Part shown: one piece after another, positions 40,020 through 51,487 of the stretch
Layout of the letters: each line of letters begins with the position of its first letter
Numbering within the stretch: the stretch's first letter is position 1
NCBI GenBank assembly: GCA_963765495.1
Contig: CAVXWP010000001.1
Location: 32,001 to 96,000, forward strand
Reading direction: 5' to 3'
DNA: 64,000 nt
Origin: Blastocatellia bacterium
Lineage (GTDB): Bacteria; Acidobacteriota; Blastocatellia; UBA7656
Notes under the pieces: generated by a model
Told to the model about the DNA's origin: nothing
Database searches by the model: none
The model's input: the letters and a program-made list of their open reading frames with translations, nothing else
Made by a program: the position numbers and the translations under genes

Positions 40020-40742
40020 ATGATTGAATTAAAGAACGTTTCAAAGACCGTGCCTTCGGGCGATGAGATGCTTACTATTCTTCACGCGCTCGACCTGATT
40101 ATTCCCGACGGACAATTCGTTTCGATAGTAGGCCCCTCGGGCAGCGGGAAATCGACCTTGCTCGGGCTGATAGCCGGGCTCGATGCGCCGAGCGCAGGCG
40201 AAATCCGCATTGACGGCCAGTCGATAACCGATATGGACGAGGACCGATTAGCCGAACTCCGTGGCGAGAAAATCGGTTTTATCTTTCAATCATTTCATCT
40301 GATACCGTCGCTTACCGCGCTCGAAAACGTCCTGGTTCCAATGGAGATCGCGGGCGTGCGCGACCCTCTGGCGCGGGCCAACAGCCTGCTTAATGATGTA
40401 GACCTGGCTGCGCGCGCGCACCATTACCCGGCACAGCTATCGGGCGGCGAGAAGCAGCGCATAGCCATTGCCCGCGCCTTTGCAAATGAGCCGACTATTT
40501 TGCTTGCCGATGAGCCTACCGGAAATCTCGATTCGCGAAACGGTCATCACGTCTTCGAATTGATGGTCGAATTGAACCGCAAGCACAGGACCACACTCGT
40601 ACTGGTCACGCACGACCACGAGCTTGCCTCGCTTGCCGACCGCTCGATCTCTCTCCGAGACGGTCGCGTAGTCGATGACACCCACGCTCCGTCTCTCGAC
40701 GTAGAACCGGGCGGCACAGCAGTAGAGGCGAGCAGACCATGA
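40020..40742 (+). CDS. ABC transporter ATP-binding protein (YbbA/LolD-like)
   Basis: [25 protein letters not shown] and VTHD. Confidence 0.92.
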   Translation: MIELKNVSKTVPSGDEMLTILHALDLIIPDGQFVSIVGPSGSGKSTLLGLIAGLDAPSAGEIRIDGQSITDMDEDRLAELRGEKIGFIFQSFHLIPSLTALENVLVPMEIAGVRDPLARANSLLNDVDLAARAHHYPAQLSGGEKQRIAIARAFANEPTILLADEPTGNLDSRNGHHVFELMVELNRKHRTTLVLVTHDHELASLADRSISLRDGRVVDDTHAPSLDVEPGGTAVEASRP

Positions 40743-43264
40743 AGTTCATCTTTCAAATGGCGCGGCGCGAGATGCGGTCTTCCTGGCGAAGGCTGCTCTT
40801 CTTTTTTATCTGCATCGCAATCGGCGTGGGAGCCATCGTGGCTCTCCGCTCCATGATTCAAAACGTAAACAGCGCGGTTTCGGGCGAGGCTCGCTCGCTG
40901 CTTACGGCAGACGTGCGAATAGACAGCGACCGCCCGTGGAAGCCGGAAACGCTCGCCGTTATTGATCGCATAGCCCAGCCGCCGCTGGTCGTCGCAAGGG
41001 TCGAAACCATTGAATCGGCCACGATGCTGCGCCCTGCCGATCCTCAGCACGAAGGCGCGTTGATGGTCGAGCTTAAAGGCATCGAGCCGCCTTTCCCGCT
41101 CGCCGGAGATTTCCGGCTCACCGACGGGCAACCGTTCGATTACTCGCTGATCGAAAACAACGGCGCGGTGGTCGCTTCGGCCCTGCTCGAACGATTGAGG
41201 CTTAAGATCGGAGACAAGGTAAAAATCGGCAACTCTACGTTCGAGATTCGCGGCGTTGTGGATGAAGAGCCGGGCGGCGGGGGCGGTTTTCGCCTGGGGC
41301 CGCGCGTCTTCATTGAGCGCGCCGCCGTAGCAAAAGCCGGGTTGACGGGATTCGGCAGCCGCGCGCGCCGTCGTATTTTTCTCATCGCTCAGGAAGGCAA
41401 GATGGAAACGCTCGCCGAAAAGCTGCGAGCGGAATTGAAGAACGATCTGGTCAATATCCGATCTTACAAAGACTCGCAGGAAAATCTGAATGAGCAGCTT
41501 TCCCGCGCCGAAGACTATCTCTCTTTGACCGGGCTTGTCATCCTGGTGCTTGGAGGGCTGGGGATTTCAAACGTCACGCGGGTCTTTGTCGAGCAGAAGA
41601 AAAGTACCATCGCTGTGCTCAAGTGCATCGGAGGAACAGGGCGCAAGATCATCGTGGTCTATCTGGTCCAGGTCATCGCGCTTGGACTGGCGGGCAGCCT
41701 GCTTGGCATCATCCTGGCCAGGGCAGCGCTGTTTTTTACTTCACAGTATTTCGCTGAAAGTTTGCCGGAAAACATGAGTTACGGTCTTCGCCCCGGCGCC
41801 GTAGCGCAAGGGCTCGGCGTAGGCATCCTGATTTCGATCCTCTTTTCCGCGCTGCCTCTTCTGCGTATTCGTCGCATAAAACCGAACGCGCTCCTGCGCG
41901 ATGAAGTGGAGATGAAGGGTCGCAAGTTCGATCTCCTCAGATGGGTGACGGGGTTTCTGGTACTCATAGGCTTGATACTTCTTGTTTCGTGGCAGGCCGG
42001 GTCGTTGCGCGTGGGTCTTTTCTTTCTCGCCTGCATCGCTGTTACGGCAGCAATCCTTCATCTGGGCGCGGGCCTGCTGATATTTCTGGTTCGCCGCGCC
42101 CGCCGGGTAAGCTCTTTTCCGCTCAGACAGGCGATCAGCAGCCTCTACAGGCCGGGCAATCAGACCCGAATCATCGTGATGGTCGTAGGGCTTGGAGTCT
42201 TTCTTGTAATCGCAATTCAATCGGTCCAATCGAACCTGATAAATGAATTCGATCTGGGCAGTCGCGGCGAACTGCCTAACATGTTTTTGATAGACATTCA
42301 GAAGGACCAGCAGGCGGGCGTGGAAGAATTGATAGAGCGGACCACGGGCCGACGCCAGTCGCTTGTGCCCACGGTGCGCGCTCGCATTGTCGCCGTGAAC
42401 GGCCGCGATGTGGATTTCAATCAAGAAGACATGAAACGAAATCGGGGCCTGCTCGGGCGCGAATACGTGGTGACTTACAGGGATCGGCTCGCGGAAAACG
42501 AAACCGTTATAGCAGGGAATTTCTGGAAGCCCGCGCCGTCGCCCGATCCCGAAATATCAATCGAAGAGAGCATGCAAGGCATGGCGGGGCTTGAGGTCGG
42601 TGGCACTATAACATTCGATATTCAGGGCCGAAAGATTACCGCTCGCGTGACAAGCGTCCGCAAGATAGACTGGCGCAACTCTCGCACGGGTTTCATGGTG
42701 CTGTTTCGCCCGGGCACGCTCGAAGATGCGCCGCAGATGTTGATAGGCGCGATCAACGGCCCGTCAGACGATCAGGAGCGATCCAGATTTCAGCGCGACC
42801 TTGTAGATAAGTATCCGAACGTCTCTATAATAGATGTCGCCGACATAGTCCGCACCATAAAGCGAATCATCGACAACATCACGCTGGCCGTCTCCTTCAT
42901 CGGCGGATTCGTTTTCCTGAGCGGCGCGCTGATACTGATAGGCTCGATAGCGATGACCAAGTTCCAACGCACCTATGAGGCGGCTGTGCTGAAGACGCTC
43001 GGAGCGAAGCGCAAGACTCTGCTGATGATCTTAATTGCCGAGTACAGCCTGCTCGGACTTGTCGCGGGGGTGATCGGATCGCTCGGCGCGGTGGGGCTCT
43101 CCTATGCGATATCGCGATATGTCTTTGATATCCCCTGGAGCTTTACTCCGGTGATCAATTTCGCGGGCGTTGTGGGAACCGTGGCGATGGTAATTCTGGT
43201 AGGCACCGTCTCAACGATTGATGTGCTTTCAAGAAAACCGCTCGCGATCCTTCGCGGGCAGTAA
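40739..43264 (+). CDS. ABC transporter permease (YbbP-like, duplicated FtsX/MacB)
   Basis: Two FtsX-like halves, PNMFLIDIQ and AVLKTLGA; overlaps the ATPase stop. Confidence 0.9.
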   Translation: MKFIFQMARREMRSSWRRLLFFFICIAIGVGAIVALRSMIQNVNSAVSGEARSLLTADVRIDSDRPWKPETLAVIDRIAQPPLVVARVETIESATMLRPADPQHEGALMVELKGIEPPFPLAGDFRLTDGQPFDYSLIENNGAVVASALLERLRLKIGDKVKIGNSTFEIRGVVDEEPGGGGGFRLGPRVFIERAAVAKAGLTGFGSRARRRIFLIAQEGKMETLAEKLRAELKNDLVNIRSYKDSQENLNEQLSRAEDYLSLTGLVILVLGGLGISNVTRVFVEQKKSTIAVLKCIGGTGRKIIVVYLVQVIALGLAGSLLGIILARAALFFTSQYFAESLPENMSYGLRPGAVAQGLGVGILISILFSALPLLRIRRIKPNALLRDEVEMKGRKFDLLRWVTGFLVLIGLILLVSWQAGSLRVGLFFLACIAVTAAILHLGAGLLIFLVRRARRVSSFPLRQAISSLYRPGNQTRIIVMVVGLGVFLVIAIQSVQSNLINEFDLGSRGELPNMFLIDIQKDQQAGVEELIERTTGRRQSLVPTVRARIVAVNGRDVDFNQEDMKRNRGLLGREYVVTYRDRLAENETVIAGNFWKPAPSPDPEISIEESMQGMAGLEVGGTITFDIQGRKITARVTSVRKIDWRNSRTGFMVLFRPGTLEDAPQMLIGAINGPSDDQERSRFQRDLVDKYPNVSIIDVADIVRTIKRIIDNITLAVSFIGGFVFLSGALILIGSIAMTKFQRTYEAAVLKTLGAKRKTLLMILIAEYSLLGLVAGVIGSLGAVGLSYAISRYVFDIPWSFTPVINFAGVVGTVAMVILVGTVSTIDVLSRKPLAILRGQ

Positions 43265-43296
43265 AAGAGCGACCAGTAAAAGAGCGGGCAGTAAAA

Positions 43297-43329
43297 GAAA
43301 GGCCCCGTCTTTTTAAGACAGGGCCTTTC
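43297..43329. terminator. Bidirectional terminator between the permease and groEL
   Basis: GAAAGGCCC-GTCTT...AAGAC-GGGCCTTTC hairpin. Confidence 0.7.
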
Positions 43330-43357
43330 GGTTGCCTCGGGGTTGCGCGGAAACGAA

Positions 43358-45001
<1,644 letters not shown>

Positions 45002-45010
45002 TTAGAAAAT

Positions 45011-45346
45011 CTATTTGCTTTTGCCTTTTGCCTTGGGTGTCTCACTTGCGCCGGCCCTCTCGATTATGCCGAGAATGTCGTCCTCGCGCATGATCAGATA
45101 CTCTTCGCCGTCGAGCTTGACTTCGGTGCCCGCGTATTTGCCGAAAAGCACCCGGTCGCCCGCCTGAACGTCCAGCGTCAGGCGCTCACCGCTGTCGAGC
45201 CTCTTGCCCTGGCCGACGGCGATTACCTCGCCTTCCTGCGGCTTTTCTTTGGCAGAATCGGGGATGATGATCCCACCCCTGACTTGCTCCGCCTCTTCGA
45301 TCCTCTTGATGATCACTCTATCCTGTAGTGGTGTTATCCTTGACAT
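45011..45346 (-). CDS. groS: Co-chaperonin GroES
   Basis: [22 protein letters not shown] and KYAGTEV; start moved to MSRITPL. Confidence 0.97.
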   Translation of the reverse strand: MSRITPLQDRVIIKRIEEAEQVRGGIIIPDSAKEKPQEGEVIAVGQGKRLDSGERLTLDVQAGDRVLFGKYAGTEVKLDGEEYLIMREDDILGIIERAGASETPKAKGKSK

Positions 45347-45414
45347 GTGAATTCTCACACTCCTTTCCTTTGAATAATAGCCGCGCGATTATTAGGTGTA
45401 GTCATACAGTCGCG

Positions 45415-45441
45415 CTAGCACTCTCCAGCCAAGACTGCTAA
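45415..45441 (-). promoter_or_regulatory. CIRCE element (HrcA operator)
   Basis: Minus strand TTAGCAGTC-N9-GAGTGCTAG, 2 mismatches to TTAGCACTC-N9-GAGTGCTAA, upstream of groES. Confidence 0.9.
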
Positions 45442-45469
45442 TTATATTTTCTGATCAGGCTTCTGTCAA
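45441..45469 (-). promoter_or_regulatory. Perfect-consensus sigma70 promoter of groESL
   Basis: Minus strand TTGACA-N17-TATAAT abutting CIRCE. Confidence 0.88.
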
Positions 45470-45521
45470 CAATTTGCGGGGATTTGCAGGAAAAATAACA
45501 AACTTTTCAGGGCAGGACTCT

Positions 45522-46532
45522 TTAGGGCAGGCGGTCGAGGGCTTGCGCCTGAACTGCCGTAATGGCTACGGCGTCACGGATATCTTCGGCCTTGCACCCA
45601 CGAGAGAGATCATTAGCGGGGCGGGCCAGACCCTGGAGGATCGGTCCGATGGCCGTAGCGCCGCCGAGTCTCTCGACGAGCTTATAGGCGATATTGCCCG
45701 CTTCAAGGTTTGGGAAAATCAGGGTATTAGCGCGCCCGGTAAGTGGGCTGCCCGCCGCTTTGCTCGAAGCGACCAGAGGCACAAGCGCGGCATCAACCTG
45801 CAATTCTCCATCAATCAGCAACTCGGGCTCGCGGGCTCGCGCGGTCCTTGTTGCTTCGACTACCTTATCCACGAGGGGGCTGTTTGCGCTGCCTTTGGTT
45901 GAAAATGAGAGCATGGCAACTTTTGGTTCTTCTTCGAGCAAGGCTCGCGCCGAATCCGCAGAGGCGATGGCGATCTCAGCAAGCTCGGCAGCCGAAGGGG
46001 CGATTACGACTCCGCAATCGGCGAAGATGAGTGCCCCGCCGGGAACAAAAGGATTATTCGGAATGACCATAAGAAAGAAGCTGGAAACGATTCTGAGACC
46101 GGGTCTGGGACCTATCGCGCGCAGGGCCGCGCCAACCGTGTGCCCGGTGGTATGAGTTGCCCCTGACAGACTGCCATCGGCATCTTTTTCTCTGACCATC
46201 ATATTCCCAAAATAGAGAGGGTCTTCCATTTGTTGATGCGCTTCTTCGGCGGTAACGCCCTTTGCACGGCGCGCTTCGTAGAAACGCGCGGCATAACGCA
46301 CGCGTTCCGGTGATCGCCTGTTATCGAGTATCGAAACGCCTGTGAGGGTGACCCCCATCCGAGCAGCCTTTTCGCGTATAATTTCTTCTCTGCCGAGAAG
46401 CGTGATGCGGGCAGTTTGTTCGGCCACACACAAAGAGGCGGCTTGAATGATGCGTTCATCTTCGCCTTCGGGCAATACGATGTGCTTGGGGTCGGCAGCG
46501 GCACGCGCTCGAATCCGTTCCATCACCTGCAT
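45522..46532 (-). CDS. pta: Phosphate acetyltransferase
   Basis: [38 protein letters not shown] and DLSRG. Confidence 0.92.
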   Translation of the reverse strand: MQVMERIRARAAADPKHIVLPEGEDERIIQAASLCVAEQTARITLLGREEIIREKAARMGVTLTGVSILDNRRSPERVRYAARFYEARRAKGVTAEEAHQQMEDPLYFGNMMVREKDADGSLSGATHTTGHTVGAALRAIGPRPGLRIVSSFFLMVIPNNPFVPGGALIFADCGVVIAPSAAELAEIAIASADSARALLEEEPKVAMLSFSTKGSANSPLVDKVVEATRTARAREPELLIDGELQVDAALVPLVASSKAAGSPLTGRANTLIFPNLEAGNIAYKLVERLGGATAIGPILQGLARPANDLSRGCKAEDIRDAVAITAVQAQALDRLP

Positions 46533-46610
46533 GGTTTAGGCGATCCTCCAGAGGAAAATTCAAAAGAGGGATTGTATATGATTATGAATGTTTGGGCGAG
46601 TAAGGAGAAT

Positions 46611-46708
46611 GTGATTCGTGAAGAGTGATGCGTGATTCTTAAGATAGCCTGTCTGTTAATGATAACTTGCGAGTCTGGTAAATCACGCATCACTCTTCAC
46701 GAATCGCG
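46611..46708. repeat. Heptamer-arm palindromic element, family A
   Basis: GTGATTC GTGAAGA GTGATGC GTGATTC - core - AATCACG CATCACT CTTCACG AATC; core alignable to the 31651 copy. Confidence 0.88.
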
Positions 46709-46842
46709 AAAAATATAACCGCAGCGCCCGTGACTGAAACTGAGCTTAGATTTGCGCGCGAACTCTCCCCAATTCACACGCCCCTCGCCCGACCCTTTGC
46801 CACCGGGGGCTGCGGTATCCCGCTAGAACTTGTCTGACTCAA

Positions 46843-47616
46843 TCAGTCGCCGTCGTTTCTCGTGCCGCGAACCGGATTGTCGCCGGGGTTGGATGTCACT
46901 TCGCTAAAGAGTATGTCGGTAAGATCAAGCCCTTCACGGCGGTCTATGTCGCGTTCAAGCGTCTTTATCCGGGTGCGTTGCTGCTGGATCTGCGCGGCGA
47001 GTTTCGCCAGATCGGATGCGTTCATGTCCTTGAGTTTTGCTTCGAGGCTTACGAGTTGCGTCTTTAGCTCCTCTGTTTGATTGCGGTCGCTTTCCAAAAT
47101 CAGGTGGTTGACTATCTGTTCTACCTCAGCCCGAGACATCTCTTGTCTGGCGGGCGCGGGTGAAACGGGTTGAGGCAGAGAGCCGCTTTCTACACCGGCG
47201 GATTTCCCAAGCCGGAATATATCGGCGCGCACTGAAAGGCCGTCCCTGCCCGCTTTTACTTCGATTCCAAGTACGGCAAACACAACCAGGGCCATCGCCA
47301 CAGTGCCGAAGGCTTTTGCCCATACGGGCATCACTGTAAACAATTCTTTAAACACCGCAAGAGCCGACCGCCGGCCCGCTTCATCGCCAGAGGTTGCGAT
47401 GCGAACGCCGGGCAGTTCGTCGAGCTGCCATTGCTGTAGCATCCCACGCACGTTTTCGAAAGCCGCGATCTCCTTCTCACAGGCGGCGCACTCTTTGAGA
47501 TGCATTTCGACGCGATGGCTCTCCTCCGGCGTCGCTTCACCATAGAGGTAAGCCACGAGCGCTTCGTGCATGTTGCAATTTGGGGTCTTGTTGTTTTCGA
47601 TCATGTTCTTGCTCAC
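46843..47616 (-). CDS. Membrane-anchored zf-HC2 anti-sigma factor
   Basis: LVAYLYGE...HLKECAAC, a TM helix and a coiled-coil C-terminus; follows the ECF gene. Confidence 0.85.
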   Translation of the reverse strand: MSKNMIENNKTPNCNMHEALVAYLYGEATPEESHRVEMHLKECAACEKEIAAFENVRGMLQQWQLDELPGVRIATSGDEAGRRSALAVFKELFTVMPVWAKAFGTVAMALVVFAVLGIEVKAGRDGLSVRADIFRLGKSAGVESGSLPQPVSPAPARQEMSRAEVEQIVNHLILESDRNQTEELKTQLVSLEAKLKDMNASDLAKLAAQIQQQRTRIKTLERDIDRREGLDLTDILFSEVTSNPGDNPVRGTRNDGD

Positions 47617-47651
47617 TTCTGTCGTAGTATTCGGTACCCGGGGCGATCTGT

Positions 47652-48215
47652 TTAAATCGCTTCTCTCAGGTGCTCGAGCCTCTTTCTGAGTTCTGTCAAT
47701 CCTGTATACATACGGGTCTTCACGGTCGAGAGCGGTATGCCAAGTATCTCGGCTATCTCGACGAATTTCAGCCCCTCGTATTCCTTCATTATGATCACCT
47801 GTCGCATATCGGCGGGCAGCCCTTGAAGCGCGCGGCGAACGTGCCGGGCTACCTGTGCCTGTTGAACGCCTGCGCTCAAATCCTCAGTTTCGTCCGACAA
47901 TTCGAAACCGGCTGTTTCTCTGCGCTCGTCAAGCGATATGGTCACCTTCGATCTGCTTCTGAGCCGCGTATTGCAGATGTTGAGCGCGATGCGATAAATC
48001 CAGGATGAAAATTTTGCCTCGCCTCTAAATTTCGACAGATTGCGATATGCCGACAGAAAGGTTTCCTGCGTCGCGTCTTTGGCCTCTTCGTCACGCCCAA
48101 GCATGCGAAGAGTGAGCCCATATATTTGCCGCTCCCATCGGCGCACCAGATAGTTGAAAGCTTCTGGCTCGCCTGCGAGTGTGCGTTCTATGATTTGACT
48201 GTCGCTCAAATCCAA
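47652..48215 (-). CDS. ECF sigma factor (RpoE/SigW-like)
   Basis: [21 protein letters not shown] and [16 protein letters not shown]. Confidence 0.92.
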   Translation of the reverse strand: MDLSDSQIIERTLAGEPEAFNYLVRRWERQIYGLTLRMLGRDEEAKDATQETFLSAYRNLSKFRGEAKFSSWIYRIALNICNTRLRSRSKVTISLDERRETAGFELSDETEDLSAGVQQAQVARHVRRALQGLPADMRQVIIMKEYEGLKFVEIAEILGIPLSTVKTRMYTGLTELRKRLEHLREAI

Positions 48216-48431
48216 ACCTTTTGCGCCGCCTGGTCGAAGTTAGCCTCTGTCATCCGCTCCATTAGTATAGACTCAAATAGCGGTTGAAAAGTCGGAAAAT
48301 TATCTCTGTCCATTCAATGTGTCGCGATCCCGGCCAGAGTCGTAAAGTCGATTTGAAGCTATGGCCGCCCGTGGGAATGTAAACTATAATTCGCACGGGT
48401 TTGGGCTAATCAGCCAAAGAGGTGCGCGTCC

Positions 48432-48794
48432 GTGCCATTTAAGGCTTTACTCGAAAAACTTGTTTCAAGCGTTGAGGGGGGAAGGGGGGCTATCTTTCTC
48501 GATTCAAACGGTGAAGCCGTACAGTGGTGGACCGAAGATGACGGCGACCGCCTGCAATTAAGAGCGGCTTATATCGCCGTAGTCTTTGAAGCCAGCCGAG
48601 CCACAGCCCGGCGATTACAGAAAGAAAATGTGAGCCAGCTAATGATCGCCTACGACGGCGCGCAATTTGTGGTAGAACAAATCGAACAGGATTACCTCAT
48701 CATTCTGGAACTGGGTCTGGATGCCAATTTAGGTCAGGCGATACTTCACATGCAGCCGGTCGTAGAGAGCCTGCGCCGCGAAATAGCCGCATAA
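48432..48794 (+). CDS. Roadblock/LC7 (MglB-like) protein
   Basis: MPFKALLEKLVSSVEGGRGAIFLDSNGEAV...NLGQ pattern, 120 aa. Confidence 0.7.
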   Translation: MPFKALLEKLVSSVEGGRGAIFLDSNGEAVQWWTEDDGDRLQLRAAYIAVVFEASRATARRLQKENVSQLMIAYDGAQFVVEQIEQDYLIILELGLDANLGQAILHMQPVVESLRREIAA

Positions 48795-48804
48795 CCTACG
48801 GCAG

Positions 48805-49866
48805 CTATCGATAATGCACGTTTATGCGAACTGGAACTCTGGTCAGGGTTATGGGGCGACCATCTATAGCTGCGGGTCTGAATTTGGAATGCTGTAAAGC
48901 ATCAATGGCCGATTCGGTCATGAAAGGAATGGGGTTTATAATCTCGATATCTGTTATCGTGCCGTTTGCCTGAAATGTCGCGCGCAGAAGCACCGTTCCC
49001 GACGATTTATTTGCCTGCGCCTCCGGGGTCACGACCGGAGTTGGGCGATATATCCAGGTAAACTGAGAAAACCCGGAAGGCTTGGTCAGGTTAAAAGGTA
49101 TCTCAGAGGGCACAAAATCCGGGCCGTTCGGGTTTCCCGCCGTCCGATTATTTCCCGGTCCGCCGCCGCTGCCCGGGCCGCTGCCTCCGCGCTTGCCGGG
49201 TCCCACGCCCTGGCCGTTACCGGGTCCCATTCCGCCGCCATCACCTGGGCCGGGTGAAGGGGGCGCATCAAATTTGGCATCCGGCAGTCCGTACTGAGTA
49301 TCAGGCGGAAGCGATGCGGTCTCGGGCCCGACTATCGTGGGAGGGACCGGAAGTGGAGGATTCGCGTTCTTCGGTGAAGTCGGGTGAACCATTGGAGGCA
49401 GCGATGCCATTTGAGGCACTACTCCTCCCGACGCAGGTCGTGGATCGTTTTTGCCTCCACCTCCGCCGGTGCCGTTCTCCCCTTTCGGTTGCTCCTTCGG
49501 AGCCGTTGGAGCGGGAGGGGTAGCGCCGGACGGAAGCATTTCAATTACTTCGAGGGGCGTGGAATTCAAATCTCTTTCGCCTGATTGATGCCAGCCCGCA
49601 ATGACTATTACCGCGATAAAGGCTATATGCGCCACAATCGCACAGGCAATGCCAAGATAAATCCGGCGGCGACGTTTGGCGTCTTTTGTGCCGGATAGGA
49701 ATATGTCGCGTATAAAGCCTGAAGGGTCGTTGCTGAATTCGTTTGCGGCGCGGGCAAGCTCTTCGCCGAGTCGCGACATCAGCCCTTTTTGCTCGATCAA
49801 GGAAAAAGGGAGAGCATCGGCGCGGACAGTCGTTTTGATAAACTCGTCTGTCGTTACAGCAGCCAT
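48805..49866 (-). CDS. TonB family protein
   Basis: TM anchor, Pro/Gly-rich linker and TonB-C (PEAQANKSSGTVLLRATF...FRPA). Confidence 0.85.
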   Translation of the reverse strand: MAAVTTDEFIKTTVRADALPFSLIEQKGLMSRLGEELARAANEFSNDPSGFIRDIFLSGTKDAKRRRRIYLGIACAIVAHIAFIAVIVIAGWHQSGERDLNSTPLEVIEMLPSGATPPAPTAPKEQPKGENGTGGGGGKNDPRPASGGVVPQMASLPPMVHPTSPKNANPPLPVPPTIVGPETASLPPDTQYGLPDAKFDAPPSPGPGDGGGMGPGNGQGVGPGKRGGSGPGSGGGPGNNRTAGNPNGPDFVPSEIPFNLTKPSGFSQFTWIYRPTPVVTPEAQANKSSGTVLLRATFQANGTITDIEIINPIPFMTESAIDALQHSKFRPAAIDGRPITLTRVPVRINVHYR

Positions 49867-49957
49867 ATCGGGTGAGTCATCCGAACGGAAGGGCGCTCAA
49901 ATTACACGAGGGCCGCGATCATCTACACAATCGCGGCCCTCAACCATCCGCAGGCAT

Positions 49958-50959
49958 TTACCGGAGATTGAACTCTATATCAATAGCCTGCCAGAATGCG
50001 ACAGGTTGACCATTCTTCATCGCCGGTTTGAATCGCAGTTGATAGGCAGCGCGTATGGCCTCTTCATCCAGCCCGTCGGGCAGGTGGCGCACTATCCTGA
50101 CGTTTTTGACCGCGCCATCTGCACTAATCAACACGCGTGCTCTTATGACGCCCTGAATCTTGTTCTTGCGCGCTTCTTCCGTGTAATTCGGGCGCGGACG
50201 GTTCAAAGGTATCGGCCCCTGATCTACGGAAGTGGCCGGCTCGTTGCGCGACCCGCCTCCGAGCGAAGGATCGCCGCCGCCCATGCCGTAGCCGTTGCCG
50301 GGACCAACACCGCGCCCATTGCCCGGACCCATGCCTCCGCCTGAGCCTGCGCCCATGCCGCCATCCGACCCCGGACCGGCAGAAGGCGGACCCGGCACGC
50401 CGTTGGGAAGACCCGTCGGCATCAGGTCGTCGCGCTTGGGTTCAAGTCTCGGGTCTACCTGCACCGTTTCAGGAACAGGCAACAGCGGTGGCTTGAGTTG
50501 AGGCTCGGGCCTCGGCGCGATGATAGGAGGTTGAAGCGAGAATTTGGGCAACTGGCCTTTGGATGGAGGCGTCGGTGTGTTGCGTCCGCCGCCGCCACCG
50601 CCGCCTGCTTTCTTGTCGGCCTTCGGAGCTTCGATAGGTTGCTGCTGCATGTCTATCGAAGGAAGCATCGCAATAAGCTCGTTTTCGTCAGTTATTTCTT
50701 TGGGCTTTGCCCTGACCGTCCACACGATCAGGATAGTGGCAAAGATGAGTGCATAAATCATTATGCCCATCGCCATGCCAAATCTGAACAGCATTTTTCG
50801 GCGATGACCTCCGGCACCGTCACGCTTGAAGGCACTTGTAATATATTCTTTAGGATTGTCGCGGAATTCGCGGCTGGCTTCTCCAAATTCGTATATCAAC
50901 CGCTTACCTATGGACGGCTGATTCAGGAAGGCGTCTGAAAATAATGCTCTTTCTGCCAT
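49958..50959 (-). CDS. TonB family protein
   Basis: TM anchor, Pro/Gly-rich linker and TonB-C (PNYTEEARKNKIQG...FKPAMKNGQPV). Confidence 0.88.
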   Translation of the reverse strand: MAERALFSDAFLNQPSIGKRLIYEFGEASREFRDNPKEYITSAFKRDGAGGHRRKMLFRFGMAMGIMIYALIFATILIVWTVRAKPKEITDENELIAMLPSIDMQQQPIEAPKADKKAGGGGGGGRNTPTPPSKGQLPKFSLQPPIIAPRPEPQLKPPLLPVPETVQVDPRLEPKRDDLMPTGLPNGVPGPPSAGPGSDGGMGAGSGGGMGPGNGRGVGPGNGYGMGGGDPSLGGGSRNEPATSVDQGPIPLNRPRPNYTEEARKNKIQGVIRARVLISADGAVKNVRIVRHLPDGLDEEAIRAAYQLRFKPAMKNGQPVAFWQAIDIEFNLR

Positions 50960-51336
50960 ATCCTCCCCCCGGGAGCCCCACGCCGCAGCACATCTTGCGG
51001 GCATTTAAGGCTCAGAGGCAACAAGAGGGGTTATCCCCTCTACCTATTCTGATCGTGAACAATTCTCATACTTCATATACTGTAAATCAGAAGACACGCT
51101 CAATATATTCTCCCTTGACGGTCTTGCCGGTGTCAAGGTTTTAATTTTTGGCCTGTCGCTTTTGTGTTTACGCATTGAATGCGCCTGGTGGTTTCCATTC
51201 AACTGTTCCGGTCTTCATGATTTCCTGCCACCTTCAGAATGATAAACCTGATCCGACTTGCAAAATAGTTTCCCTTTGGACCACCCCTTCCTTAGTGTAT
51301 CGAGTGCGCCTGAAAGATGCCCACGGCACGGAAAAA

Positions 51337-51487
51337 GTATGCAGTAGACAGTAGGCAGTTGATACTGAGCCGTCGGGTACTCCTAAAGAGTGCACTGGGC
51401 ATGCATATGAATAGGTGGTACCCAACTCCGTTACTGCCTACTGCCTACTGCATACTGCATACTGCCTACTGCATACTGCCTACTGCC
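51337..51487. repeat. Heptamer-arm palindromic element, family B (TACTGCM)
   Basis: Left arm CAGTAGA CAGTAGG CAGT, inner GGGTAC...GTACCC, right arm about 8 copies of TACTGC(C/A); includes the TAG stop of the YCF48-like gene. Confidence 0.85.
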
